DNA from: a bacterium
GTDB lineage: Bacteria > JAHJDO01
Assembly (NCBI GenBank): GCA_043824255.1
Contig: JBDRTG010000034.1
Location: forward strand, 1,631 to 65,630
DNA: 64,000 nt
Reading direction: 5' to 3'
Below the pieces are notes generated by a model. It was not told the origin of the DNA. It searched no databases and saw only the letters and a list, made by a program, of their open reading frames with translations. Positions 20,074-29,154 of this stretch are shown one piece after another (within the stretch, counting starts at the first letter, position 1; each line of letters begins with the position of its first letter). The position numbers and the translations under genes are program-made.

Positions 20074-20538
20074 CTAACCAGCATGTAAAAATTTGTTTCC
20101 CAATACTATTATTTGGAGGGTTAGATTGGTATAGATTCCTGCAACTGCATCATCAAGCATTACTCCCCAGCCATGAGGGAGTTTCTCTGCCATCTTAGCA
20201 GGAAATGGTTTAAGAATGTCGAATATGCGGAATAGTATGAAGCCTGTTATAATATAAAACGGACAAAAAGGTACTATTGCCAATGCTATGAGAATTCCAA
20301 AGACCTCATCAAGAACAAACTTCCTACAGTCTTTTTTCCCAAATGCTTCTTCTGCTTTTTTACCAATAAGGATTCCTGTAATGAACAATAAACCAAGTAC
20401 TAGACAATATAATCTCAAGGAATGCTGAGACAGAATCAAATATAGTCCCAAGCCTGCTAAACTACCAATAGTTCCGGGAGCGTATGGCGAATATCCAATA
20501 AAGAAAAAAGATGATATTAGTCTAATCAAATTTTTCAT
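20074..20538 (-). CDS. pgpA: Phosphatidylglycerophosphatase A
   Basis: 154 aa. Motifs: FFIGYSPYAPGTIGSL, FDILKPFP, DDAVAG. It overlaps pgsA by 4 nt. Confidence 0.8.
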   Translation of the reverse strand: MKNLIRLISSFFFIGYSPYAPGTIGSLAGLGLYLILSQHSLRLYCLVLGLLFITGILIGKKAEEAFGKKDCRKFVLDEVFGILIALAIVPFCPFYIITGFILFRIFDILKPFPAKMAEKLPHGWGVMLDDAVAGIYTNLTLQIIVLGNKFLHAG

Positions 20539-21164
20539 TGATGAGAAGCTTCTCTAATAAGATCTTTGTGCTCAATCATATACCCAATACCAGAGATGAC
20601 AGAGAAGATCACTACAATACCCATGATCCATGTTAGGAGAGAGTGCATCCAAATATCCAGTGGTTTAGCATGCCATAGGACGTTTTCCCATGAATTAAAC
20701 ACTATCATAGTATCTCTGATGCAAAGAGCAATAAGTGTTATTATTATAGCTGTAATCTGAGAGATCGTTTTATGCTTACCAAGTAGTCCTGCAGTTATTA
20801 TAATACCTTTCATAGCTGCCAGATTGCGAAGGCCTGTAATGATAAATTCTCTACTTATTATTATAACAACCATCCATGAGGGAAAGAGTTCCATACCAAT
20901 GAACACAATAAGAGCAGACGTTACAAGTAATTTATCAGCAACAGGGTCCATTAATTTGCCAAAATTGGTTATCTTCTTTTCCCTGCGAGCAATAACTCCA
21001 TCAAAAAAGTCAGTAAGGGATGCCAGAATAAAGATAAGCAATGCTAGATATTTACCAACCGCAATGTGGATTAAGTCATTAGAAACATGGTTTATCAACA
21101 GGGCAATAATAAGAAATGGAATAGCCAGTATACGTATGAATGTTAATTTATTCGGCATGTTCAT
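20535..21164 (-). CDS. pgsA: CDP-diacylglycerol--glycerol-3-phosphate 3-phosphatidyltransferase
   Basis: 209 aa. Contains the CDP-alcohol phosphatidyltransferase motif DFFDGVIARREKKITNFGKLMDPVADKL. Confidence 0.85.
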   Translation of the reverse strand: MNMPNKLTFIRILAIPFLIIALLINHVSNDLIHIAVGKYLALLIFILASLTDFFDGVIARREKKITNFGKLMDPVADKLLVTSALIVFIGMELFPSWMVVIIISREFIITGLRNLAAMKGIIITAGLLGKHKTISQITAIIITLIALCIRDTMIVFNSWENVLWHAKPLDIWMHSLLTWIMGIVVIFSVISGIGYMIEHKDLIREASHQ

Positions 21165-21994
21165 TATGGTTTTTTTATCCCCTCTTTAGTTACAATAACC
21201 CCTTTAAAAACCTCTCCTTTTTTACCAAGGATAGGCATTTTTTTGCCATTTAACTCTATTGCAACACCCCCTGCATTTCCTATCCTGAAAAGGAATTTCT
21301 CTTTGGCATACCATACTTTTTCATCTCCCTTATGTAATGTGCCGCCAAATAATTTTTTGCCGTCAGCAAGGATTCTAACCCATGTTTTGTCTATTGCTGT
21401 GAATCTCAATTCCAGCAGCTCGCTTTCGCTTTTAACATATTTATCAAGAGCAGATTGATTTTTTAAGGGGAAAATATCTTTTTCATCGGATATGACAGTA
21501 TTTACAGAAGTAGGTTTTTTATTTGTAATTCTCTCTTTGATTGTGATATTGGTATCGTCTGTTACTAATGGTGAATCCGCTATATCAATATCAGGGTAAT
21601 TAAGCGTTTCTTTGAGCGTAATTCTGTCAACAGTATTGACAAAAGGTCTAATCGTAAAAATGATTGCTATAAATAATACTAAAATTAATCCTGCAACGGA
21701 AAGAAACAATAGCTTCTTTTGTGTTTTCCTGTCCGGACTTTTTTCTCTATAATTTTGAGAAGGTTTGGAGTATTGATCATACTGCGTTAGGAGTTTTTCT
21801 GTATCTAAGCCAAGAAAGCTTGTATATCCTCTTAAAAATATTCTTGCATATTCCGGGGATGGCAGACTGTCAGCAGTGTCATTCTCCAATGCTCTAAGGT
21901 ATGCAGGACTTATTTTTATTTGTGTATATACATCTTGAAGCCTTAATTTTTTTTCAAGCCTTGCTTTTTTTAAGACTTTGCCAATAGATTCCAT
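21164..21994 (-). CDS. RodZ-like cytoskeleton protein (HTH, TM segment and DUF4115 domain)
   Basis: 276 aa. It has an N-terminal XRE-type HTH (LKKARLEKKLRLQDVYTQIKISPAYLRALE), a single TM segment and a C-terminal beta domain (WVRILADGK...G.L.KGD...). Confidence 0.65.
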   Translation of the reverse strand: MESIGKVLKKARLEKKLRLQDVYTQIKISPAYLRALENDTADSLPSPEYARIFLRGYTSFLGLDTEKLLTQYDQYSKPSQNYREKSPDRKTQKKLLFLSVAGLILVLFIAIIFTIRPFVNTVDRITLKETLNYPDIDIADSPLVTDDTNITIKERITNKKPTSVNTVISDEKDIFPLKNQSALDKYVKSESELLELRFTAIDKTWVRILADGKKLFGGTLHKGDEKVWYAKEKFLFRIGNAGGVAIELNGKKMPILGKKGEVFKGVIVTKEGIKKP

Positions 21995-22000
21995 GATTTC

Positions 22001-22270
22001 TTAAAATTTCCTTAGTTGTTTTAATAATTTGTTTATTTTGGACTTAATAAGCACTCTATCATCCTTAAATATTCTGTATTGTTCTTTAATATAATCTGAT
22101 ACTTTACTTGATTCTTCCAATTTCTTATATCTCTTATCCAATTCAAAAAGTTGCACCTGAAGAGAATTAACACTTTCCCTCAGAGTATCTCTTTCGTTTT
22201 TTATCTCCTGTATCTTTTGAAGTCTTTCCTGGATTTTTTGGTCTAAAACTTCTAATTTCTCGTCCAGCAT
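22001..22270 (-). CDS. Small coiled-coil protein (ZapB/DUF904-like)
   Basis: 89 aa with a heptad-rich Leu/Glu/Lys sequence, lying directly downstream of pheT. Confidence 0.35.
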   Translation of the reverse strand: MLDEKLEVLDQKIQERLQKIQEIKNERDTLRESVNSLQVQLFELDKRYKKLEESSKVSDYIKEQYRIFKDDRVLIKSKINKLLKQLRKF

Positions 22271-22274
22271 TTTC

Positions 22275-24626
22275 CTACTTTCTTAAAGTAATATCTAATT
22301 GTGATATAAGCTGACACTCTATCTTTGAATGCGCCTGATTTACTTCCTCATCAGTAAGCGTTCTCTTATTGGAACGATAGCAAATTGAATAGGCCATACT
22401 TTTGTGTTCAGAGAGAATTTGTTTGCCGCGATATATATCAAATAGTTTTACGTCTTCAACAATCTCTCCACCAGCTTTCCACATTATGTTCATAATATCA
22501 GCATTAGATACGTTTTCTTTAATAGTAAAAGCTATGTCGCGCTCACTGGCCGGGTATTTGGGAACTGCCTTAAAAACAGGGGATAGGTTTATGTGTTTTG
22601 ATAAATTAGAGAACCCAATCTCAAGAATAAACACCTTTTCATCAATGTTGTATTTCTCTAATACATTACTGCTAATTTCTCCTATTATGCCTATATTGCA
22701 TCCCTGGATATCTATGCTTGCTGAGCAATCAGAAGTAAATACTTGGTGCCTTTTATAGTATAGGCAATGATCTTTAATCCCAAGTTTATACAAAATTGTT
22801 TCTAATATGCCCTTGATGTCAAAGAAAGAAACGTTTCCCACAATCCCACAGCATAGGTATGTTTTTTCATGATATGAAGAATTATTTTCAAAGAATACCT
22901 GCCCAAGTTCATATAATTTAATTTCAGAAAGAGACCTGTTTAAGTTTCTCTTAATTACACTCAGCATCTCAGGTATTAGGCTTGTTCTCATTATATTTTG
23001 GTCATCTCCCAGAGGATTAGTAATTTTTACTCCATCAGAAGACAGCCCCGTTTTATCTAGGTTTTCTGAGTTGGTAAAACTTGAGGTGTATATCTCGGCC
23101 ATGCCACATGAAGACAATATGTTCTTCAAAGCATCTGTTTGTTTTTCAAACTCTCCTTTGCCACATGAACTGGTTTGTCCTCGAGGCATTGTAGTATCAA
23201 TGTTGTTGTATCCATAGATGCGGGCAATTTCTTCAATCAGGTCTATTTCTCGCCTAATATCCCGCCGATATGTAGGAACCAGTACCCTGATATTATTTAA
23301 ACTATCCTGTTTGATTTCAAAACCCAGGTTTAGCATTATATGCTTTAACTTGTTTTTGGGTATGTCAATACCTAAAATTCGTTTTATTTGCTGAGTTCTA
23401 AGTTGTATGTTTTGCTTATTGAATTTCTTTGGATAGATGTCTACAATCCCTTTTACTGATTTTCCCTGTGTGGTCTTTTCTATGAGGTAGGCTGCTCTAT
23501 AAAGCGCAGATACAACTCCATTTGGATCCACGCCTCTTTCAAAACGATACGATGATTCTGAAGATAACTCTAATGTTTTAGACGTCTTTCTTATGCACCC
23601 GGCATGAAAACAAGCGCTTTCTAGAAAGATATCTGTTGTTTGCTTATCTATCTCGGAACCAACGCCTCCCATAATACCTGCAATGGCAATAGGAGCTTTC
23701 TCATCTGCTATAACCAGCATATCCCGAGAGAGCTGTCTTTTGCTCTCATCCAGAGCAACAATAGACTCATTTTGTCTTGCCCTTCTTATAGTAATTTGTT
23801 TACCTGATATTTTGTTGTAATCAAATGCATGAAGAGGCTGCCCTGTTTCCATCAAAACATAGTTCGTTATGTCAACAATATTATTTATAGGACGGATATT
23901 AACAGCTTTTAACCTATTCGCAAGCCATGATGGAGAAGGCTCTATTTTAACGTTGCGAATTATTCTCCCAGCATACCTGGAGCATAAGGAAGTGTTCTTT
24001 ATTGATACGTCTATTAATTTCTCGATCTCTTTATTCGTACTGCATTTTTTTAGTACCTGAGGATATTTAACATGTTTGTTCGTCAGTGTCTCAATCTCTC
24101 TTGCTATACCAATTATGCTTAAACAATCACCCCTATTGGCTGTAACTTCTATATCTAAAACAGGTTCAGCCAAGTTTAGAACATTTTCAATAGATTCTCC
24201 CAATTGCTCGTTCTTTGAAAGAATCATAATCCCTTGATGCTCGTCTCCAAGACCAAGCTCCTTTTTTGAGCAAAGCATGCCGTATGAAGTTATGCCTCTG
24301 ATTTTTGTCTTTTTAATATGCATACCTGTTGGCAGTTTAGCGCCTATAAGGGCTAAAGGAACACGATCTCCTATCCCTACGTTTTTTGCTCCGCATACAA
24401 TGTCAAGGATTTCATTTGATGTATCTACCTTGCATACAGTCAATCTGTCTGCGTTAGGATGTTTTTCTATCTGCTTGATTTCTCCGACAATGACATTATC
24501 TAACTTAGCCGCGGAGGTTTTAACATCAACAACCTCGAGTCCTGACATGGTTAATTTTTCTGCAATTTCTTCAAGGGATAATTTTATATCTATATATTCC
24601 TTCAACCAATTATAAGGGACCTTCAT
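22275..24626 (-). CDS. pheT: Phenylalanine--tRNA ligase beta subunit
   Basis: 783 aa. It has the N-terminal tRNA-binding domain (GEIKQIEKHPNADRLTVCKVD), the B3/4 and B5 domains, and a C-terminal anticodon-binding domain. Confidence 0.95.
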   Translation of the reverse strand: MKVPYNWLKEYIDIKLSLEEIAEKLTMSGLEVVDVKTSAAKLDNVIVGEIKQIEKHPNADRLTVCKVDTSNEILDIVCGAKNVGIGDRVPLALIGAKLPTGMHIKKTKIRGITSYGMLCSKKELGLGDEHQGIMILSKNEQLGESIENVLNLAEPVLDIEVTANRGDCLSIIGIAREIETLTNKHVKYPQVLKKCSTNKEIEKLIDVSIKNTSLCSRYAGRIIRNVKIEPSPSWLANRLKAVNIRPINNIVDITNYVLMETGQPLHAFDYNKISGKQITIRRARQNESIVALDESKRQLSRDMLVIADEKAPIAIAGIMGGVGSEIDKQTTDIFLESACFHAGCIRKTSKTLELSSESSYRFERGVDPNGVVSALYRAAYLIEKTTQGKSVKGIVDIYPKKFNKQNIQLRTQQIKRILGIDIPKNKLKHIMLNLGFEIKQDSLNNIRVLVPTYRRDIRREIDLIEEIARIYGYNNIDTTMPRGQTSSCGKGEFEKQTDALKNILSSCGMAEIYTSSFTNSENLDKTGLSSDGVKITNPLGDDQNIMRTSLIPEMLSVIKRNLNRSLSEIKLYELGQVFFENNSSYHEKTYLCCGIVGNVSFFDIKGILETILYKLGIKDHCLYYKRHQVFTSDCSASIDIQGCNIGIIGEISSNVLEKYNIDEKVFILEIGFSNLSKHINLSPVFKAVPKYPASERDIAFTIKENVSNADIMNIMWKAGGEIVEDVKLFDIYRGKQILSEHKSMAYSICYRSNKRTLTDEEVNQAHSKIECQLISQLDITLRK

Positions 24627-24636
24627 TACGCCTCCG

Positions 24637-25644
24637 CTAAAACTGTCTTAAAAATCTTAGATCGTTTTCAAAAAACATTCGTATATCATGAACGTGATAT
24701 TTTATCATAGCAATTCTCTCAATACCCATGCCAAATGCAAATCCGCTATACTTTTCTGCATCGTAGTGCACCATTTTGAATACTTCTGGATCCACCATAC
24801 CCGCGCCTCCTATTTCAAGCCATCCTGTATTTTTGCATATTCTGCACCCTTTGCCTTTGCAATTGACACAGGAGAACGCATACTCTGCGCTTGGTTCAGT
24901 AAAAGGGAAAAAGTCAGGTCTAAATCTGATTTTTGTCTGCCTGCCAAATAGCTGTCTTGCAAATACTTCCAGAACGCCCTTCAAGTCTCCAAACGTGATA
25001 TTTGTATCTACAGCCAATCCTTCCACTTGATGAAATATTGGAGAGTGTGTAGCATCAGTTGCGTCTCTTCTGAAACATCTGCCAGGAGCAATTACTCTTA
25101 CAGGAGGCTTTTGTTTTTCCATAACACGAATCTGAACCGGGGATGTATGTGTGCGCAGTAAGTCTTTGTTTGTTATATAAAATGAATCATGTTCATCTCT
25201 GGCCGGATGGTCCGTCGGTGTATTAAGTGCTTCGAAATTGTAGTATTCTGTTTCTATTTCAGGACCTGTTACTGTCTCAAAACCCAAGCCAAAGAATATC
25301 TCTTTGATTTCTTGAGTGATAAGTGTAAGGGGATGTTTAAAGCCAATTAGAGGCTTGATTCCTGGGAGAGATATGTCTAATTTTGCTTCAGTTCTTTTTA
25401 CTGATTTGATACTGGCAAGCTCCTCGCTAATTCTAGCACTTATATTAGTTTTTAAATTATTTAACAATCTGCCAAATACTGGTTTTTCACTATTTGATAA
25501 TGTTGAAACTTGTTTTAACAGAGATGTGACAATCCCTTTCCTTCCGAGGTATTTTACTCTTATTTCTTCCAGATGCTCAGGAAGAGAAATGTTCTTAATT
25601 TCAAAATTGAACTTTTCTTCTATTTCTTTAATCTTTGCTTTCAA
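24637..25644 (-). CDS. pheS: Phenylalanine--tRNA ligase alpha subunit
   Basis: Class II aaRS motifs: FRRDATDATHSP, FRPDFFPFTEPSAE, GAGMVDP. The start is placed at TTG 25644, which has an AAGGGTGGG SD. The ATG at 25719 would overlap the divergent tilS start. The exact start is uncertain. Confidence 0.9.
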   Translation of the reverse strand: MKAKIKEIEEKFNFEIKNISLPEHLEEIRVKYLGRKGIVTSLLKQVSTLSNSEKPVFGRLLNNLKTNISARISEELASIKSVKRTEAKLDISLPGIKPLIGFKHPLTLITQEIKEIFFGLGFETVTGPEIETEYYNFEALNTPTDHPARDEHDSFYITNKDLLRTHTSPVQIRVMEKQKPPVRVIAPGRCFRRDATDATHSPIFHQVEGLAVDTNITFGDLKGVLEVFARQLFGRQTKIRFRPDFFPFTEPSAEYAFSCVNCKGKGCRICKNTGWLEIGGAGMVDPEVFKMVHYDAEKYSGFAFGMGIERIAMIKYHVHDIRMFFENDLRFLRQF

Positions 25645-25698
25645 TATTCCCACCCTTATTTTCTTTTTTAGATGCTTCTTAAGTGATAATATAACAAT

Positions 25699-27141
25699 AT
25701 GAAAAATATGTCCAAACAAAAGGTATTGAAAAACATTCAGGATTATAGAATGCTTTCAAAGGGAGACGGGTTACTAGTCGGTGTCTCCGGAGGGCCTGAT
25801 TCTGTGGCTCTTTTGTATCTTCTCATGGAACTCAGGGATAACTACAATCTTCAGCTTTATGTAGTTCACTTAAATCATATGCTTAGAGGAAATGAATCCG
25901 ATGAAGATGCTGGATATGTGAGAAGATTGTCAAAAAAATTGAAACTTCCTGTTTTTATTGGGAAGAAGGATGTAAGAAAATTTGCAAAAGCAGACAAGCT
26001 ATCCTTGGAAGAAGCTGCCAGAATTCAGAGATATGAATTTTATAAACAAATAGCAGATAAATTAAATATAAGAAAAATCGCTTTAGGTCACACTGCAGAT
26101 GACAATGCTGAAACTGTACTCATGAGACTGCTAAGAGGAGCAGGGCAACAGGGACTAATAGGCATTTATCCTGTCAGACATATTGGTAACCTAAAAGTTA
26201 TTCGTCCATTACTGAATATTTATAGAAGAGAGATTGAATCGTTTCTGAAAGAGAAAAAAATCAGTGCGCGTACTGATTCCTCTAATGCTGATAATAAATT
26301 TCTCAGGAATAAAGTCAGATTAGAACTAATTCCCCTTTTAGAAGAAAACTATAACCAAAACATAAAGCAGGTGTTAATTAATACTGCTGATATTTTAAAA
26401 GAAGACAATGAATATCTAGAAGAGATTACAAAGAAATTTTATAGCCAGGCTGTCTTGAAGCAGGGAAAAAAGGGGGAATTCAGCGATGCAAATGATGAAA
26501 GTATACATTTAAGCATTAAAAAAATCGAAGATTTTCCTTTAGCAATTCAGAGAAGAGTTCTTAGATATGGGATTAAAGAGCTGCCTGGAACTCTAAGGCA
26601 GATTACATATCAACATTGGAATGAAGTATTAAAGCTGCTAAACAGTAATCTAGCTTATGGGTATATAGATCTGCCTAATGGATTAATAGTAGAACGGCTG
26701 CGCAGGGAGTTAGTTATTCGCAGAGGCAAGGCACAGAATATATGCAGCATAATCTATCCTGTTAAGATTCCTGGGGAAACTCTTATTCCTGAGTTTGGAG
26801 TAAAACTAATCTGCGCAATTTTCAAGAGAAGAAGTAATCTCAAATTCTCCACGCAGAATCAATATCAAGAGAGTTTTGATTATAATAAGATTAAGAAACC
26901 TGTTTTTATAAGAACTCGGAGAGAGGGAGATACATTTCAACCATTGGGAATGAAGGGAAAAAAGAAGATAAAAGATTTTCTTATAGACCAAAAGATTCCT
27001 CAGCCTGAAAAAAACAAGGTATTGCTTCTAACCGATAAAACTAGTATTATTTGGGTTGTAGGTTTTAGGATTAGTGAGAGGTTTAAAGTGACTGCAAAGA
27101 CAAAACAAGTTTTGAAAATGAACATTTCCACTTTGGCTTGA
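25699..27141 (+). CDS. tilS: tRNA(Ile)-lysidine synthase
   Basis: 480 aa with the PP-loop VGVSGGPDSVAL, a TilS substrate domain and a C-terminal domain. Confidence 0.9.
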   Translation: MKNMSKQKVLKNIQDYRMLSKGDGLLVGVSGGPDSVALLYLLMELRDNYNLQLYVVHLNHMLRGNESDEDAGYVRRLSKKLKLPVFIGKKDVRKFAKADKLSLEEAARIQRYEFYKQIADKLNIRKIALGHTADDNAETVLMRLLRGAGQQGLIGIYPVRHIGNLKVIRPLLNIYRREIESFLKEKKISARTDSSNADNKFLRNKVRLELIPLLEENYNQNIKQVLINTADILKEDNEYLEEITKKFYSQAVLKQGKKGEFSDANDESIHLSIKKIEDFPLAIQRRVLRYGIKELPGTLRQITYQHWNEVLKLLNSNLAYGYIDLPNGLIVERLRRELVIRRGKAQNICSIIYPVKIPGETLIPEFGVKLICAIFKRRSNLKFSTQNQYQESFDYNKIKKPVFIRTRREGDTFQPLGMKGKKKIKDFLIDQKIPQPEKNKVLLLTDKTSIIWVVGFRISERFKVTAKTKQVLKMNISTLA

Positions 27142-27149
27142 CAAAACTC

Positions 27150-27178
27150 TTGACACAAAAATGATTATGTAGTAGACT
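27150..27178 (+). promoter_or_regulatory. Candidate promoter for the GntR/LacI-type regulator locus
   Basis: TTGACA (27150-27155), a 17-nt spacer, then TAGACT (27173-27178). A second TTGACA at 27138-27143 overlaps the tilS stop. Confidence 0.3.
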
Positions 27179-27209
27179 AAGGTATGTAAGCCATACAATA
27201 GAAGGCAAT

Positions 27210-28358
27210 ATGTGCGAAATAAGTTTTAAAAAACAAGATGTTGTTCCTGTTTATAAACAACTAAGAGAATATCTTAAGAAGGAAATCAAGACGGGGCGAC
27301 TCTCTAAAGGAGCTAAGCTATTATCTGAAATAGACCTGGCAAATAAATGTTCGCTCAGTCGTGACACGGTGAGAAAAGCCCTGAATGAACTCATAAATGA
27401 GGGATTACTGGTAACACAACAAGGTAAGGGGACATTTATAAGCAAACCAAAGAAACTAGTATCTCGGGGTAATAATGAAATAGCTGTCTTACTTCCTGCT
27501 TTAAGTGTTGGACAATCTTATAGCCAGATTCTGGATGGAATAAATGATTATTTAAGACCAAGGAATTATAATCTTGTTCTGTATTTGAGTACAAGTAGTG
27601 AAGCAGAGGAAGCAAAATGCATAAAAGCACTCCTGCATAAAAAAGTAGAAGGTCTAATCTGGGTCATTTGTGCATATACACAGAATAAATCTTGCGACAA
27701 TATAAGAAAAATGATTCAAAGTGCTGTTCCTTTTGCACTTGTTGATAATTACAATAAAGATATAAAAACAAATAAGGTGATTGTTGATAATTTTCTAAGT
27801 ATATACCAGGCAGTGGAATATCTTATAAAATTTGGACATCAACAAATTGGCTTTATAATTAGAAGCACTACTTCTTCAAGTGTAAATGATAGATTGAGTG
27901 GATACAAACAAGCTCTCAGAGACTCTGGGATTAAATTTAATCCCAAATTCATTGTAGACACCTATAAAAAAAGTGAAACAGAAGTCAGGCAGATACTAAA
28001 AGCATTATTAACTGAAAAAAAACGCCCAACTGCTATTATTAATCTTGCTACCTTTGATTATCTGCAGTTTATTGTACGCATAATTAGTAAATTAGGTTTG
28101 AAGATACCTGACAATATATCATTAATCCAGATGGAAAATACCGAAGGACTTCTCTGTGATCCTTCTCTCACTTTTATTGATTATCCCACTTATGAACTTG
28201 GATATGAGGCGGCTAAGTTATTACTGAACAAAACCATGAAAAGTAAGAAAAATGAATATGCAGAGATAAGACTAAATGCTGAACTGGTTATTAGAGACTC
28301 CGTATCGGAAGTCTTTTGCGATACTTCTGGCGGTAAAAATTTAAGAAGGTTGGTATGA
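27210..28358 (+). CDS. Hybrid transcriptional regulator: GntR-type winged HTH plus LacI/PBP1-type sugar-binding domain (AraR-like architecture)
   Basis: 382 aa. The N-terminus (PVYKQLREYLKKEIKTGRLSKGAKLLSEIDLANKCSLSRDTVRKALNELINEGLLVTQQGKGTFI) is a GntR HTH. The remaining roughly 300 aa look like a periplasmic-binding-protein fold. Confidence 0.75.
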   Translation: MCEISFKKQDVVPVYKQLREYLKKEIKTGRLSKGAKLLSEIDLANKCSLSRDTVRKALNELINEGLLVTQQGKGTFISKPKKLVSRGNNEIAVLLPALSVGQSYSQILDGINDYLRPRNYNLVLYLSTSSEAEEAKCIKALLHKKVEGLIWVICAYTQNKSCDNIRKMIQSAVPFALVDNYNKDIKTNKVIVDNFLSIYQAVEYLIKFGHQQIGFIIRSTTSSSVNDRLSGYKQALRDSGIKFNPKFIVDTYKKSETEVRQILKALLTEKKRPTAIINLATFDYLQFIVRIISKLGLKIPDNISLIQMENTEGLLCDPSLTFIDYPTYELGYEAAKLLLNKTMKSKKNEYAEIRLNAELVIRDSVSEVFCDTSGGKNLRRLV

Positions 28359-29131
28359 AAAAATGTATTTTAAATTCAGGTATTTTTATTATACCGTTTC
28401 TTATAGTAGGGATTTTAGGATTTTCGTGGTGTAAGAGAGAACTTGAGATATATGTTTGTCACTATACAGATGAGAAAATAACAATTGATGGAATTTTTGA
28501 TGAATCGTGCTGGAGAAAGGCAAATAAAATTAAGTTCTATCATTTAGAGAAAACACATACAGAGCCCCAGCGGCATCCTGCCCCATTTTCTCCAACAACT
28601 GCAAGACTCCTCTGGGATAAAGAATATCTCTATTTTGCAATGGAAGCAGAAGATAAAGATATTTGGGGAACAATAACCGAGCACGATTCTGTTCTATGCA
28701 ACGAAGATGTTCTGGAGATATTTTTAAAGCCCAGAGAAAATAAATATTCCTATTATGAGTTTGAAATAAGTCCTAAGAATGTAACATGGGACTTATTTTA
28801 TCCAAGCCGCGGAGTATCGGCTGGTGGTCCTTTTCAAAAAAGATGGTCAAAATATGAGTCAAATCTGAAGAGTGCAACAAAGGTGTATGGAACACTAAAC
28901 AAGTGGAAGGATAAAGATGAAAAATGGACTCTTGAGGTAGCAATACCTTTTTCATCGTTGAAAGAAGTTATTGCCGGGACGCCACGTAACGGTGAACAGT
29001 GGCGTTTCGCATTGTGCAGATATGACTATTCTGTTTACTTGGAAAATTACGAGTATTCGAGTAGTGCACGTCTAAGTCTAGTATGGTTTCACAAATATGA
29101 GGACTACAATATCCTAGAGTTTAGAAAATAA
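28355..29131 (+). CDS. Secreted or membrane-anchored carbohydrate-binding family 9-like protein
   Basis: 258 aa with an N-terminal hydrophobic anchor. The motifs IDGIFDESCWRKA, LLWDKEYLYFAMEAEDKDIW, EIFLKP and YYEFEISP are typical of CBM9-like/DOMON-like domains. Confidence 0.6.
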   Translation: MKKCILNSGIFIIPFLIVGILGFSWCKRELEIYVCHYTDEKITIDGIFDESCWRKANKIKFYHLEKTHTEPQRHPAPFSPTTARLLWDKEYLYFAMEAEDKDIWGTITEHDSVLCNEDVLEIFLKPRENKYSYYEFEISPKNVTWDLFYPSRGVSAGGPFQKRWSKYESNLKSATKVYGTLNKWKDKDEKWTLEVAIPFSSLKEVIAGTPRNGEQWRFALCRYDYSVYLENYEYSSSARLSLVWFHKYEDYNILEFRK

Positions 29132-29154
29132 TCAAATAAAAATGGGAGGTTATT

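Noticed and set aside
25645-25719. An N-terminal extension of pheS (MFGHIFHIVILSLKKHLKKKIRVGI), considered as coding sequence or as a Phe-rich leader peptide for attenuation.
   Set aside because: The extension overlaps the divergent tilS start, has no SD, and is followed by no terminator/antiterminator structure that I can see. A TTG start with an SD at 25644 gives a normal-length PheS.
25600-25760. The strand-polarity switch (all minus before, all plus after), considered as a replication origin.
   Set aside because: There is no dnaA or dnaN, no cluster of DnaA-box-like 9-mers and no extended AT-rich unwinding region. The intergenic space is only about 55 bp. Divergent transcription alone is not evidence for oriC.
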